Shown here piece by piece: positions 38,412 through 46,925 of a stretch of DNA of 64,000 nucleotides. Source of the DNA: Gemmatimonadota bacterium. Its GTDB lineage: Bacteria > Gemmatimonadota > Gemmatimonadetes > Gemmatimonadales > GWC2-71-9. The translations under genes were made by a program, and so were the position numbers. Under the pieces are notes generated by a model. That model searched no databases, was not told the origin of the DNA, and worked only from the letters and a program-made list of their open reading frames with translations. The stretch covers positions 5,232-69,231 of the forward strand of contig JADJPD010000018.1 in NCBI GenBank assembly GCA_016713435.1, written 5' to 3'. Each line of letters begins with the position of its first letter. Position 1 is the first letter of the stretch.

Positions 38412-38897
38412 TCACGCCCCAGCCAGCGTCGCCAGCACCCCGTCCAGCTCCTCGAACTGCTCGGCCGCCCCCGCCGTCCCGGTGCTGCCGGACGCGATGG
38501 CCTCGTCGAGCGCCTGCCGGGAGGGATACCGCTCCCGCAGCACCAGCAGCGTCGTGTCGCCCTTGCCCTCGAGGGTCACGGTGGTGACGGGTCCCTCTGC
38601 GCCTTCCTCGTTGGTCCAGACGATGCGCGAGGGCGGCGTCACCTCGAGGTACCGACCGAAGAACGCCATCGGCTGCTCGAAGTCCGGGTGGCTGAAGACG
38701 AACCGGTACGTCCCCCCCGTCCGCACGTCCGCCTCACACGACACGAACGTGATCCCGAAGGACGCCGGCGTCCACCACCGCCTGAGCAGCTCGGGCCGGG
38801 TCCACGCCTCGAACACCAGGTGCGGCGGGGCGTCGAAGGTGCGCGTGACCACCAGCTCCAGGTCCGACTGGCGTTCGACCGTCGTGGGGTGCTTCAT
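38412..38897 (-). CDS. SRPBCC/AHSA1-like domain protein
   Basis: LELVVTRTFDAPPHLVFEAWTRPELLRRWW is typical. Paired with an ArsR regulator. Confidence 0.75.
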   Translation of the reverse strand: MKHPTTVERQSDLELVVTRTFDAPPHLVFEAWTRPELLRRWWTPASFGITFVSCEADVRTGGTYRFVFSHPDFEQPMAFFGRYLEVTPPSRIVWTNEEGAEGPVTTVTLEGKGDTTLLVLRERYPSRQALDEAIASGSTGTAGAAEQFEELDGVLATLAGA

Positions 38898-38956
38898 GGG
38901 ATCGGGCTCACTTTCTCTGTCGTTCGGCCGTCGCGGGATGTGCCGCGAGGCGGGGT

Positions 38957-39322
38957 TCACTTGCGCCTGCGTCGTCCCCCGGTGCGGTCTTCCTGCTTGA
39001 GCTCCTCCACGATCCGGTCCAGCGCGTCGAAGCGCGCCTCCCAGAGCTCGCGGTACCGCGCGATCCACGCCGCCTCCTCCTCCATCCGCCGCCGGCCGAG
39101 TCGGCAGGTCCGCTCCCGCCCCACCTTTTCCGTGGCCACGAGCCCCGCCCGCTCCAGCACCCCGACGTGCTTCTTCATCCCCGTCAGGGTCATGTCGAAC
39201 CGCTCGGCCAGGTCGGTGACCGAGGCGTCCGCGCGGCCGAGCCGCTCGAGGATGCCGCGGCGGGTGGGGTCGGCGAGGGCGGCGAAGGAAGTGTCGAGCA
39301 GAGCCCGTGAATATTGAACCAT
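38957..39322 (-). CDS. ArsR/SmtB-family transcriptional regulator
   Basis: FAALADPTRRGILERL...SVTDLAERFDMTLTGMKKHVGVLERAGLV. Confidence 0.85.
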   Translation of the reverse strand: MVQYSRALLDTSFAALADPTRRGILERLGRADASVTDLAERFDMTLTGMKKHVGVLERAGLVATEKVGRERTCRLGRRRMEEEAAWIARYRELWEARFDALDRIVEELKQEDRTGGRRRRK

Positions 39323-39330
39323 ACGGTTCA
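39315..39330. promoter_or_regulatory. palindrome TGAACC-ATAC-GGTTCA over the arsR-family start codon (candidate operator)
   Basis: Perfect 6-4-6 palindrome. The ATG (39320-39322 on the minus strand) lies inside it. Confidence 0.3.
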
Positions 39331-39448
39331 GTCTATCGCCCTGGCCGGCGGCCGTCAAGGCGCTCCGGCACCACGGCCCGGGACACGCGGGTGCGGCCCC
39401 CTGGCTCCCGCTCGTCCCCTACCCGACTCCCCTTACATTCCGGCACCC

Positions 39449-39877
39449 ATGCGCAGCGCCGCCCTCGTTGCAGCCAGCATCCTGCTCCTCGCCGCCTGTT
39501 CGGGCGACGGCGCCACCGCGCCCACCCCCGGCCTCGTCATGGCCGCCCGCCTCCGCTCCGCGGCGGTGGACTCCGGCGGCACCGTGGTGGTGAGCCTCAC
39601 CGCCAGCAATCCGGGGTCCCGCAGCGTGCGGGTCACGGCGCCCTCGAGCTGCGTGGCCACCGCCCGGATCGTGGACTCGCGCGGCGCCACGGTGGCCACG
39701 CCCACCATCCTCTGCCTCCCGGCCGTCACCACCTATCACTTCGCCCCCGGCGACACCAGCCAGTGGGACATCGGTCTCGACGTGCGGAGCCCGCCCGGGT
39801 CCTACGTGGTGGTGGCCTCGCTCGTGATCGGGACGGCGGTCAAGTACCAGGACACGCTCGCCCTCGCCGTGCAGTGA
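39449..39877 (+). CDS. lipoprotein, paralog 1 of a tandem pair
   Basis: Lipobox LLLAAC. Motifs VDSGGTVVVSLTASNPGSRSVRVTAPSSCVA and TSQWDIGLDVRSPPGSY. Confidence 0.6.
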   Translation: MRSAALVAASILLLAACSGDGATAPTPGLVMAARLRSAAVDSGGTVVVSLTASNPGSRSVRVTAPSSCVATARIVDSRGATVATPTILCLPAVTTYHFAPGDTSQWDIGLDVRSPPGSYVVVASLVIGTAVKYQDTLALAVQ

Positions 39878-40023
39878 GGGGCCGAGGGCGCGCCCGTGTG
39901 GCTGGGCCCCCGACCCCGTGGAACCAGCCCGCCCCGCCCCGCTAGATTGCCCTCCGCCGCACCGGAAGCTGCCGTGCCGCTGGCGCCGCCGCTCCCGCTC
40001 CGTCCCCGACACCCCAGGTCCCC

Positions 40024-40444
40024 ATGCGCCGGATGATCGGCCTCGTCGCCGGCCTCCTGCTTGCCGCCGCCTGCCACAAGGCCGCCCCCGCGGCCCCGCC
40101 CCTGGCCCTCGCCGTCACGCTCCAGCGGCCCACCGTGGACTCGGGGGGCACCGTGGTGGTGACCTTCACCGCCACCAATCCCGGCACCGAGGTCATCCGG
40201 CTCTCCGCGCCGAGCAGCTGCGTGGCCATGGCCCGGATCGAGACGGCCACGGGCGAGGTGGTGGCGACGCCCACCATGCTCTGCTCCGAGAAGGTCACCA
40301 AGTTCCAGTTCCCGGCGGGCACCACCAGCCAGTGGGACGTGGGCCTCGACGTCCGGAGCCCCCGGCAGCTATCGCGTGGTGGGCCTCCTCAAGCTCGGCG
40401 ACGTGGCCGTCCTCCAGGACACCATGCCGCTCACGGTCCGTTAG
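40024..40444 (+). CDS. lipoprotein, paralog 2, with a 1-nt frameshift near 40362
   Basis: Lipobox LLLAAAC. Motifs VDSGGTVVVTFTATNPGTEVIRLSAPSSCVA and TSQWDVGLDVRSP. The expected PGSYRVVGLLKLGDVAVLQDTMPLTVR then follows in the +1 frame after a C/G run. Confidence 0.55.
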
Positions 40445-40525
40445 GTTCCGGCCGGGACGTCCCGCCGGCCCCCGATCCTCGGGGCGGCCGGGCTCCCGGC
40501 TTCCCCCTCTTCGCGGAGGCTTTCC

Positions 40526-41068
40526 ATGTCCCGACTCGCACGCGGCCTGCGGCTGACCCTCGTGGCCCTCGTCCTCGGCGCGCTCCCCGCGCGGGCGCAG
40601 CACCCCCAGGTCCGCCAGGGCTTCTGGTTCAATGCCGGCCTGGGCTACGGCAGCCTCGGCTGCCAGGACTGTGATTCACGCGAGAGCGGCATCACCGGCG
40701 CCATCGCCGTGGGCGGCACCCTGGCCGGCGGGAAGCTCTACCTCGGCGCCGGCAGCAACGGCTGGACGAAGGAGGAGGACGGCCTCCGCCTGTCCGTCAG
40801 CACCCTCACCGCGCTGCTCCGCTGGTACCCGTCCGCCACCGGCGGCTTCTTCGTCCTCGGCGGGCTCGGCGTGGGGCAGGTCAAGCTGAGCCTCGACGAC
40901 GTCAGCGTCGAGAAGACGGGCGGCGCCGTCCTCCTCGGGCTCGGCTACGACATCCGCGTGGGCCGGAACGTCAGCCTCACCCCCTTCTGGAACGGCTACG
41001 GCATCCAGGCCGAGGACGACGTGGACGCCAACGTGGGGCAGCTGGGGATCGGGATCACGGTGCACTAG
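40526..41068 (+). CDS. small outer-membrane beta-barrel protein
   Basis: Signal LVALVLGALPARAQ. Alternating strand pattern GFWFNAGLGYGS...GLGYDIRV...GQLGIGITVH. Confidence 0.65.
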   Translation: MSRLARGLRLTLVALVLGALPARAQHPQVRQGFWFNAGLGYGSLGCQDCDSRESGITGAIAVGGTLAGGKLYLGAGSNGWTKEEDGLRLSVSTLTALLRWYPSATGGFFVLGGLGVGQVKLSLDDVSVEKTGGAVLLGLGYDIRVGRNVSLTPFWNGYGIQAEDDVDANVGQLGIGITVH

Positions 41069-41180
41069 CCCCCGGCCGCCGTCCCGCGCCAGGGATGATG
41101 GGCGTGGGCGGTGGCCCGTGCGTCGGATCGGGATACCTTTCAGGCATATCGCACCCCACCCCAGGCGCGGAAGCCGCGGC

Positions 41181-41564
41181 ATGAGCGAGACGCCGTACCA
41201 GCCCATCCCGAAGATCGGCGACGAGGACGTGGAGCGGATCATCCGCCGCGACTTCCCGCTCGCCCTCCAGGAACAGGTGCGTGCCGCCCTGGCGCGCTAC
41301 GGCCGCGAGCCGTGGGAGCGGGAGCCACCGCGCGTGCGCATGGCCATCCTCCGCCTCGCTCACGGCGACGCCGCCGCCGTGGAACGCCACCTCCGGATCG
41401 CCAAGGAAGACTTCCGCGACGTGCTGGCCGCCGCCGAGTATCCGGGGGCGAGCATCGAGTGGGGGAAGCTGTCGGCGCTCACCCCCGAGGAACGCGCCCG
41501 GCTCCACGCGGCCGACTGGGACCAGTACCGCGCCTGGCTGGCGCGTCCCGCCGCCGAGCCCTGA
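41181..41564 (+). CDS. hypothetical protein
   Basis: ATG at 41181. Coherent 127-aa ORF with no recognised domain. Confidence 0.45.
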   Translation: MSETPYQPIPKIGDEDVERIIRRDFPLALQEQVRAALARYGREPWEREPPRVRMAILRLAHGDAAAVERHLRIAKEDFRDVLAAAEYPGASIEWGKLSALTPEERARLHAADWDQYRAWLARPAAEP

Positions 41565-41568
41565 CGCC

Positions 41569-42270
41569 ATGCGCCGGGTGCTGCTGCTGCCGGGGCTCGA
41601 CGGGACGGGCGAGCTCTTTGCGCCATTCGTGGAGCGGGCGCCGGCGGGGGTGACGGTGGAGGTGGCGCGGCTGCCGGAGCGGCTCGTCGAGTACCCTGCC
41701 CTCGCCGACTGGGCGGTGGAGACGCTCCGGCTGGATGGCGAGACGGTGCTGGTGGCGGAGTCGTTCGCGGGGCCGCTCGCCATCCTGGTCGCGGCGCGGG
41801 CGCGGGTCGCGGCGGTGGTGCTGGTGAACACCTGGATCGTGTCGCCCTACGCGCCGACGTGGAACTGGCTGATCCGGCCGTGGGCCTTCCGCGTGCCGCC
41901 CCCGAAGCGCGTCCTCCGGGCCCGCATGCTCGGCGACCGGGCGAGCGACGACCTGGTCACCCGCGCGCGCGACGTCGTGGCCTCGGTGCCCCCCGCCGTG
42001 ATGGCGGGCCGCCTCCGCGCCATGATGCGCGCCGACGTGCGGCGGGAGGCCGCCGAGGTGTCGCGCGGGGGGACGCCGCTGGTGGTGCTCCACGGCGACG
42101 GCGACGGGCTGGTGCCCCGGCGGAGCGTCGCGCAGGTGGAGCAGGCCGTTCCCGTGAAGCCGACGGTGATCCACCTCGCGGGCCCGCACCTGCTGCTGCA
42201 GGTGGAGCCCGAGGCGAGCTGGCAGGCGCTCGCTCCGTGGCTGCGACCGACTTCAGGCGCACACCCGTAG
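41569..42270 (+). CDS. alpha/beta-fold hydrolase
   Basis: VLLLPGLDGTGELF and the nucleophile-elbow-like LVAESFAG. C-terminal GPHLLL. Confidence 0.65.
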   Translation: MRRVLLLPGLDGTGELFAPFVERAPAGVTVEVARLPERLVEYPALADWAVETLRLDGETVLVAESFAGPLAILVAARARVAAVVLVNTWIVSPYAPTWNWLIRPWAFRVPPPKRVLRARMLGDRASDDLVTRARDVVASVPPAVMAGRLRAMMRADVRREAAEVSRGGTPLVVLHGDGDGLVPRRSVAQVEQAVPVKPTVIHLAGPHLLLQVEPEASWQALAPWLRPTSGAHP

Positions 42271-42355
42271 CGGCGGAGCTACGCTCCGCCGCCTCGATCC
42301 CACCATCGTGCTGGATCCTGAAGATAGAGACGGCGGAGCGTAGCTCCGCCGCTAC
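42267..42355. repeat. perfect 25-bp inverted repeat with 39-nt spacer
   Basis: GTAGCGGCGGAGCTACGCTCCGCCG (42267-42291) and its exact reverse complement (42331-42355). Each arm is itself partly self-complementary. Confidence 0.85.
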
Positions 42356-42363
42356 GGGTCAAC

Positions 42364-42849
42364 GTGACGAGAGGAATCATGCGACAGCCCCTGCTGCTCA
42401 TCAGCGTCCTCACCCTCGCCGCGGCCGCCGCCGCGCAGGCGCAGGCGCCCGCCTTCAAGAACCCGCCCACCCTCCCGCCGAGCCCGGGCTGGTCCCAGGT
42501 GGCGGAGGTGCCGCCGGGCAGCAAGCTGGTGTTCATCTCGGGCCAGGTGGCGATGGACCAGTCGGGCCGGATCGTGGCGCTGAGCAACTTCCGCGGCCAG
42601 GCAGAGCAGGTGTTCCAGAACCTGGACCGTGCCCTCCGCGCCTCGGGCGCCACCTTCAAGGACGTGGTGAAGCTCACGTACTTCGTGCTCGACGTAACCC
42701 AGCTCCCCACCCTGCGCGAGGTGCGCGACAACTACGTCAACCGCGCCGCGCCGCCCGCGAGCACCCTGGTGCAGGTCTCGGCGCTCTTCACGCCGGGGAT
42801 CCTGCTGGAGGTGGAGGCCGTGGCGGTGGTGCCGGTGGCAGCGCCGTGA
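42364..42849 (+). CDS. RidA/YjgF-family protein with signal peptide
   Basis: LVFISGQVAMDQSGRIV...AEQVFQNLDRALRASGATFKDVVKLTYFV...LLEVEAVA. Confidence 0.75.
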   Translation: MTRGIMRQPLLLISVLTLAAAAAAQAQAPAFKNPPTLPPSPGWSQVAEVPPGSKLVFISGQVAMDQSGRIVALSNFRGQAEQVFQNLDRALRASGATFKDVVKLTYFVLDVTQLPTLREVRDNYVNRAAPPASTLVQVSALFTPGILLEVEAVAVVPVAAP

Positions 42850-42865
42850 CGGGGGCGTCCGCCGC

Positions 42866-43153
42866 ATGAGCTGGCTCCGGCCCATGGGCATCCTGATCCT
42901 CGCCCCGTGGCTCGCCCTCGTCCCGGCCGTGCTGCTCGCCGTCATCGGCAAGGTGCGCGGGCGGCGGCTGGCGCTCTGGGTGGCGGCGGGGTGGGTGGGC
43001 TACATGTTGTACGAGCTCGGCATGAAGTACCGCCTCTTGTGTGGCGGCGAGTGCAATATCCGGGTGGATCTCCTCGTCATCTACCCGCTCCTCCTCGGCA
43101 TGACGGCCGTGGCCCTCTTCCAGGCCATGCTGCCGGCCACGGCGGAGCCGTGA
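42866..43153 (+). CDS. small membrane protein
   Basis: Three hydrophobic segments. The stop overlaps the next gene's GTG. Confidence 0.45.
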   Translation: MSWLRPMGILILAPWLALVPAVLLAVIGKVRGRRLALWVAAGWVGYMLYELGMKYRLLCGGECNIRVDLLVIYPLLLGMTAVALFQAMLPATAEP

Positions 43154-43792
43154 CGGCGACGCCCTTCGTGGCCCTGGCCGGCGTATCGCTCGCGGGGCAG
43201 TTGCGGGCCGAGTATGGTGGCCCGAAGTGGCAGGTGTACCTCTGCAAGCCGCTCACTACGGTGCTGCTCTTCCTGGCGGCCGTGGTGCCGCCGCGGCTTG
43301 TGGACGGGCGCTACACGGCGGGCATCGCCGGCGGCCTCCTCGCGTCGCTGGCCGGCGACATCTTCCTGATGCTCCCGGGCGACCAGTTCCTGGCCGGGCT
43401 GCTCTGCTTCCTGGTGGCGCACCTGGCGTACCTCATGGCGTTCACCGCCGGGGTGCCGATCGGCCAGAGTCCGTGGCTCCTGCTCCCGCTCGGCGCCGCG
43501 GCCGCCGGGGCTGCTGGTGCTGCTCTGGTCCGGCTTGGGGCGGATGAAGGGCCCAGTGGTGGTGTACAGCGTCGTGATCCTGGTGATGGTCTGGCAGGCG
43601 GGTGCCCGCGCGCTGGCGCTGCCGAGCCGGGGGGCAACCTTCGCGGCGGCCGGTGCGGTGCTGTTCATGGCATCGGACAGCCTGCTGGCACTCAATCGCT
43701 TCCGCGGCAAGTGGTCGCTGGCGCAGGCGCAGGTGATGGTCACGTACGTGGCGGCGCAGGCGCTGATCGCGCTGTCGGTCTCCATCCGCTGA
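43150..43792 (+). CDS. YhhN-family (lysoplasmalogenase-like) membrane protein, apparent frameshift near 43505
   Basis: LCKPLTTVLLFL...SLAGDIFLM...FLVAHLAYLMAF in one frame. VLFMASDSLLALNRF in ORF 43517..43792. Confidence 0.65.
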
Positions 43793-43798
43793 GGGCCC

Positions 43799-44185
43799 AT
43801 GGCAGGCGCTGACGACGACCGCGCGCTCATCGCGCGCTACCTCACGGCCTACAACGCCTTCGACATCCCGGGCCTGCTGGCCACGCTGCACCCGGAGGTC
43901 ACCTTCCGGAACCTCACCGACGGCCAGCTCACCGCCAGCGCCGACGGCCTCGACGAATTCCGCGCCCTGGCCGAGCGGAGCGCCGCGTACTTCTCCTCGC
44001 GGCGGCAGACCTTGCGCCGCTTCGAGCGCGACGGCGCCGAGGCGCGGATCGAGGTGGACTACGAGGGGGTACTCAAGCAGGACCTCGGGCCGGGGATGAA
44101 GGCCGGGAACACGCTCAAGCTCTCCGGGCGGAGCCGGTTCGGGTTCCGGGATGGGCTGATCGCGATGATCGTCGACGAGTCGTAG
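43799..44185 (+). CDS. NTF2/SnoaL-like domain protein
   Basis: LIARYLTAYNAFDIPGLLATLHPEVTFRN pattern. Confidence 0.6.
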   Translation: MAGADDDRALIARYLTAYNAFDIPGLLATLHPEVTFRNLTDGQLTASADGLDEFRALAERSAAYFSSRRQTLRRFERDGAEARIEVDYEGVLKQDLGPGMKAGNTLKLSGRSRFGFRDGLIAMIVDES

Positions 44186-44193
44186 CGTTCGCT

Positions 44194-44736
44194 ATGCCCA
44201 CCCGTGCCCTCCTCCTCCCCGGCCTCTACGACTCGGGCCCCGCGCATTGGCAGACGCACTGGGAGCAGTCCGAGCCCGGCTTCGTGCGCGTGATCCAGGA
44301 CGACTGGGCCACGCCGCGGCTGTCGGACTGGGTGGCGCGGCTGGACGAGGCGGTGGCGGCACATGGACGGCAGGTGGTCCTGGTGGGGCACAGCTCCTCC
44401 TGCGCCCTCATCGCGGCGTGGAGCGGGCTGGAGGGCCGCCGGGTGAAGGGCGCCCTCCTGGTGGCGCCGAGCGACAGCGAGGCCCCGTCGTATCCCGCGG
44501 GACCCACGGGCTTCGCGCCGATGCCGATGGCGCCGATCCCCTTCCGCACGATTTTGGTAGCGAGCACCAACGACGAGTATGTATCCATGGAGCGCGCCCG
44601 CGCCTTCGCGTGGGCGTGGGGCAGCCGGCTGGTCGAGGCCGGCGCCCTCGGCCACATCAACTCCGCGAGCAACCTCGGCCGCTGGCCGGTGGGCCGGGCG
44701 CTGCTCGAGGAGCTGCTCACACTCCGGGAGACCTGA
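44194..44736 (+). CDS. RBBP9/YdeN-type serine hydrolase
   Basis: LLLPGLYDSGPAHWQTHWE...LVGHSSSC...GHIN. Confidence 0.7.
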   Translation: MPTRALLLPGLYDSGPAHWQTHWEQSEPGFVRVIQDDWATPRLSDWVARLDEAVAAHGRQVVLVGHSSSCALIAAWSGLEGRRVKGALLVAPSDSEAPSYPAGPTGFAPMPMAPIPFRTILVASTNDEYVSMERARAFAWAWGSRLVEAGALGHINSASNLGRWPVGRALLEELLTLRET

Positions 44737-45227
44737 TGCGCCTGGCACGAAGGTGGTACGCCGCCGTCGTTCTCGTCTGCGCCACCGCGTGCGCGAGCCC
44801 GCCCGCCGGCCCCACGCCCGACCCGGGGCCGGTCACGGTCGAAGGACTGGCGCCCGGCACCCTGCTGCGCGTGGGTCAGGGCGGCGAGTACGTCACCGGA
44901 TTCCTGGCCTCCGTTGACGGCGACACAATCCGCCTGCGCCAGGACGGCCGGCTCCACGCGCGGGCCCGCGCACGCGCCGACACGGTCTGGATCAAGGGCC
45001 GGCGCACCCACAACACCGCCCGCACGGGCCTCGTCCTCGGCCTGGTGGTGGGCGGCATCGTCTTCATCGCGATGCGGCAGGACGCCGAGACCCGCGGCTT
45101 CGCGACCACCGGCGGACTCGGGGTCGCGGGCGTGCTCGTCGCGATCGGGCTCCTCGGCGACGCCGCGCAGGACGCGCCCTGGCTGCAGGTGGATCCACCG
45201 CCGGCCACACCCCCCTCATCACCCTGA
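44736..45227 (+). CDS. lipoprotein with C-terminal TM segments
   Basis: ATG overlaps the upstream TGA. Lipobox VLVCATAC. Confidence 0.5.
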   Translation: MRLARRWYAAVVLVCATACASPPAGPTPDPGPVTVEGLAPGTLLRVGQGGEYVTGFLASVDGDTIRLRQDGRLHARARARADTVWIKGRRTHNTARTGLVLGLVVGGIVFIAMRQDAETRGFATTGGLGVAGVLVAIGLLGDAAQDAPWLQVDPPPATPPSSP

Positions 45228-45236
45228 CCCTACCCT

Positions 45237-45599
45237 ATGCCTTCCCTGCACATCCTCGTCGCCGGCCCCTATCGCTCCGGCACCAACGACGATCCGGTCC
45301 TGATCCAGAAGAACGTGGACGCCATGACGGAGGCGTCGCTGCAGCTCTTCCGCGCCGGCCACCTGCCGGTGATGGGCGAGTGGTATGCGCTGCCGCTCAT
45401 CGAGCACGGCGGCTCCACGGGGATCGGGGACCCGGTCTTCAACGAGATCTTCCACCCCATTTCCCGGCGCCTGGTGGCCAAGTGCGACGGCTGCCTCCGC
45501 ATCGGCGGGCCGAGCGCCGGGGCGGACGAGATGGTGGCGCTGGCGCGCGAGCATGGGAAGGCCGTCTACTTCTCCCTCACCGACATCCCCGCCGCCTGA
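45237..45599 (+). CDS. hypothetical protein (possibly nucleoside 2-deoxyribosyltransferase-like/DUF4406-like)
   Basis: The N-terminal ILVAGPYRSGT motif resembles that fold. Weak assignment. Confidence 0.4.
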   Translation: MPSLHILVAGPYRSGTNDDPVLIQKNVDAMTEASLQLFRAGHLPVMGEWYALPLIEHGGSTGIGDPVFNEIFHPISRRLVAKCDGCLRIGGPSAGADEMVALAREHGKAVYFSLTDIPAA

Positions 45600-45709
45600 G
45601 CGCGCAAACATGGTAGGGGCCGGCCATGGCCCCCGTACGGGGAGCTTGCGTCGGGGCTGTCGCTTGCGTCCATTTCCCGAGCCAGCCCCACCCCCACCCG
45701 AGGCCCCGC

Positions 45710-46231
45710 GTGACGCCGATCGTCATCACGCCGCTCCCCCGCCCCGCTGCCGACCCCGACATCCGCGCCCTCGCCGAGCTGCTCCGCGACGCCGTCCAGT
45801 CCGGCGCCGCCGTGAGCTTCCTGGCCACGCTCACCGTGGCGGAGGCGGAAGCCTGGTGGCGGAACGCCATCGCAACGGCGCATCCCAACGCGGTGTTCCT
45901 GGTGGCGCGGGAGGAGGGGCGGATCGTGGGGACGGTGCAGGTGCACCCGGCCTGGGCTCCCAACCAGCCGCACCGCATGGACCTGGCGAAGCTGCTGGTG
46001 CATCGCGAGGTGCGGCAGGGCGGGATCGGGAGCCGCCTGATGGTGGCGGCCGAGGAGGCGGCACGGGCCGCCGGCTACACCCTTCTTACACTGGACTGCA
46101 AGCGCGGCGGCGCCGCCGAGCGGCTGTACCGGAAGCTGGGCTGGACCTTCGTGGGCATCATCCCGAACTTTGCGGTGGACCCCGACGGCGTCACCCCGCA
46201 CGACGACGCGCTCTTCTACAAGCCCCTATGA
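45710..46231 (+). CDS. GNAT-family N-acetyltransferase
   Basis: GTG at 45710. Motif LLVHREVRQGGIGSRLMVAAEEAARAAGYTLLTLD (Q/RxxGxG/A motif). Confidence 0.75.
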   Translation: MTPIVITPLPRPAADPDIRALAELLRDAVQSGAAVSFLATLTVAEAEAWWRNAIATAHPNAVFLVAREEGRIVGTVQVHPAWAPNQPHRMDLAKLLVHREVRQGGIGSRLMVAAEEAARAAGYTLLTLDCKRGGAAERLYRKLGWTFVGIIPNFAVDPDGVTPHDDALFYKPL

Positions 46232-46662
46232 GCGACGATCCCTGGCACCTGGCCCGCTTCCTCGAGGCGCAGGCCCACAACTACCCCGACGCCCTCGCCG
46301 AGCTGCGGCTCGGGCAGAAGCGCACGCACTGGATCTGGTACGTCTTCCCGCAGGTGCGCGGCCTCGGCCTGAGCCCCGCGTCGCAGAAGTACGGGCTCAG
46401 CGGGCGCGAGGAGGCGCGCGCTTACCTGACGCACCCGGTGCTCGGCGCCCGGCTGCGGGAGTGCGTGGATGCGCTGCTCAGCGTGCGGGAGAAGACGGCC
46501 TTCGAGATCTTCGGCGGGCTCGACAGCATGAAGGTGCGGTCGAGCATGACGCTCTTTGCGGAGGTGTCGCCGCCGGGGTCGCGGTTCCATGCGGTGATCG
46601 CGCGGTATTTCGCCGATGCGCCGGACCCGATCACGCTCGACCTGCTGGCAGCCGGCCCGTAG
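46228..46662 (+). CDS. DUF1810-family protein
   Basis: LARFLEAQAHNYPDALAELRLGQKRTHWIWYVFPQ is typical of DUF1810. Confidence 0.8.
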   Translation: MSDDPWHLARFLEAQAHNYPDALAELRLGQKRTHWIWYVFPQVRGLGLSPASQKYGLSGREEARAYLTHPVLGARLRECVDALLSVREKTAFEIFGGLDSMKVRSSMTLFAEVSPPGSRFHAVIARYFADAPDPITLDLLAAGP

Positions 46663-46673
46663 GCTGATCTTCG

Positions 46674-46925
46674 CCGGGGCGCGGGGCCCCGCGGGGGGGG
46701 GCGCGCCCGTGCGGGGGGGGGGGGGGGGGGGGGCCCGGGGGCGGCCCCCGGGGGGGGGGCGCGGGGGGGGCCCCCGCCGGGGGGGGGGGGGCCGGGGGGG
46801 GGGCCGGGGCGGGGCGCCGCCCCCCGGCGGGGGGGGGCCGGGCCCCGCCGCCCCGGCCGGGGGGGCCGGGGGGGGCGGGGGGGGGCGGGGGGGGGGGGGG
46901 GGGGGGGGGGGGGCCGGGGGGCGGC
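46674..46925. repeat. G-rich (plus strand) low-complexity tract of about 250 bp
   Basis: Almost only G, with scattered C. It contains G-runs of more than 20 nt. It lies between the DUF1810 stop and the end of the GGDEF domain. Confidence 0.9.

Noticed and set aside
46674-46925. A genuine poly-proline or collagen-like C-terminal domain of the GGDEF protein.
   Set aside because: The frame has no stop and continues antisense through a well-supported DUF1810 gene. The tract composition looks like homopolymer noise. It is treated as unreliable sequence until reads confirm it.
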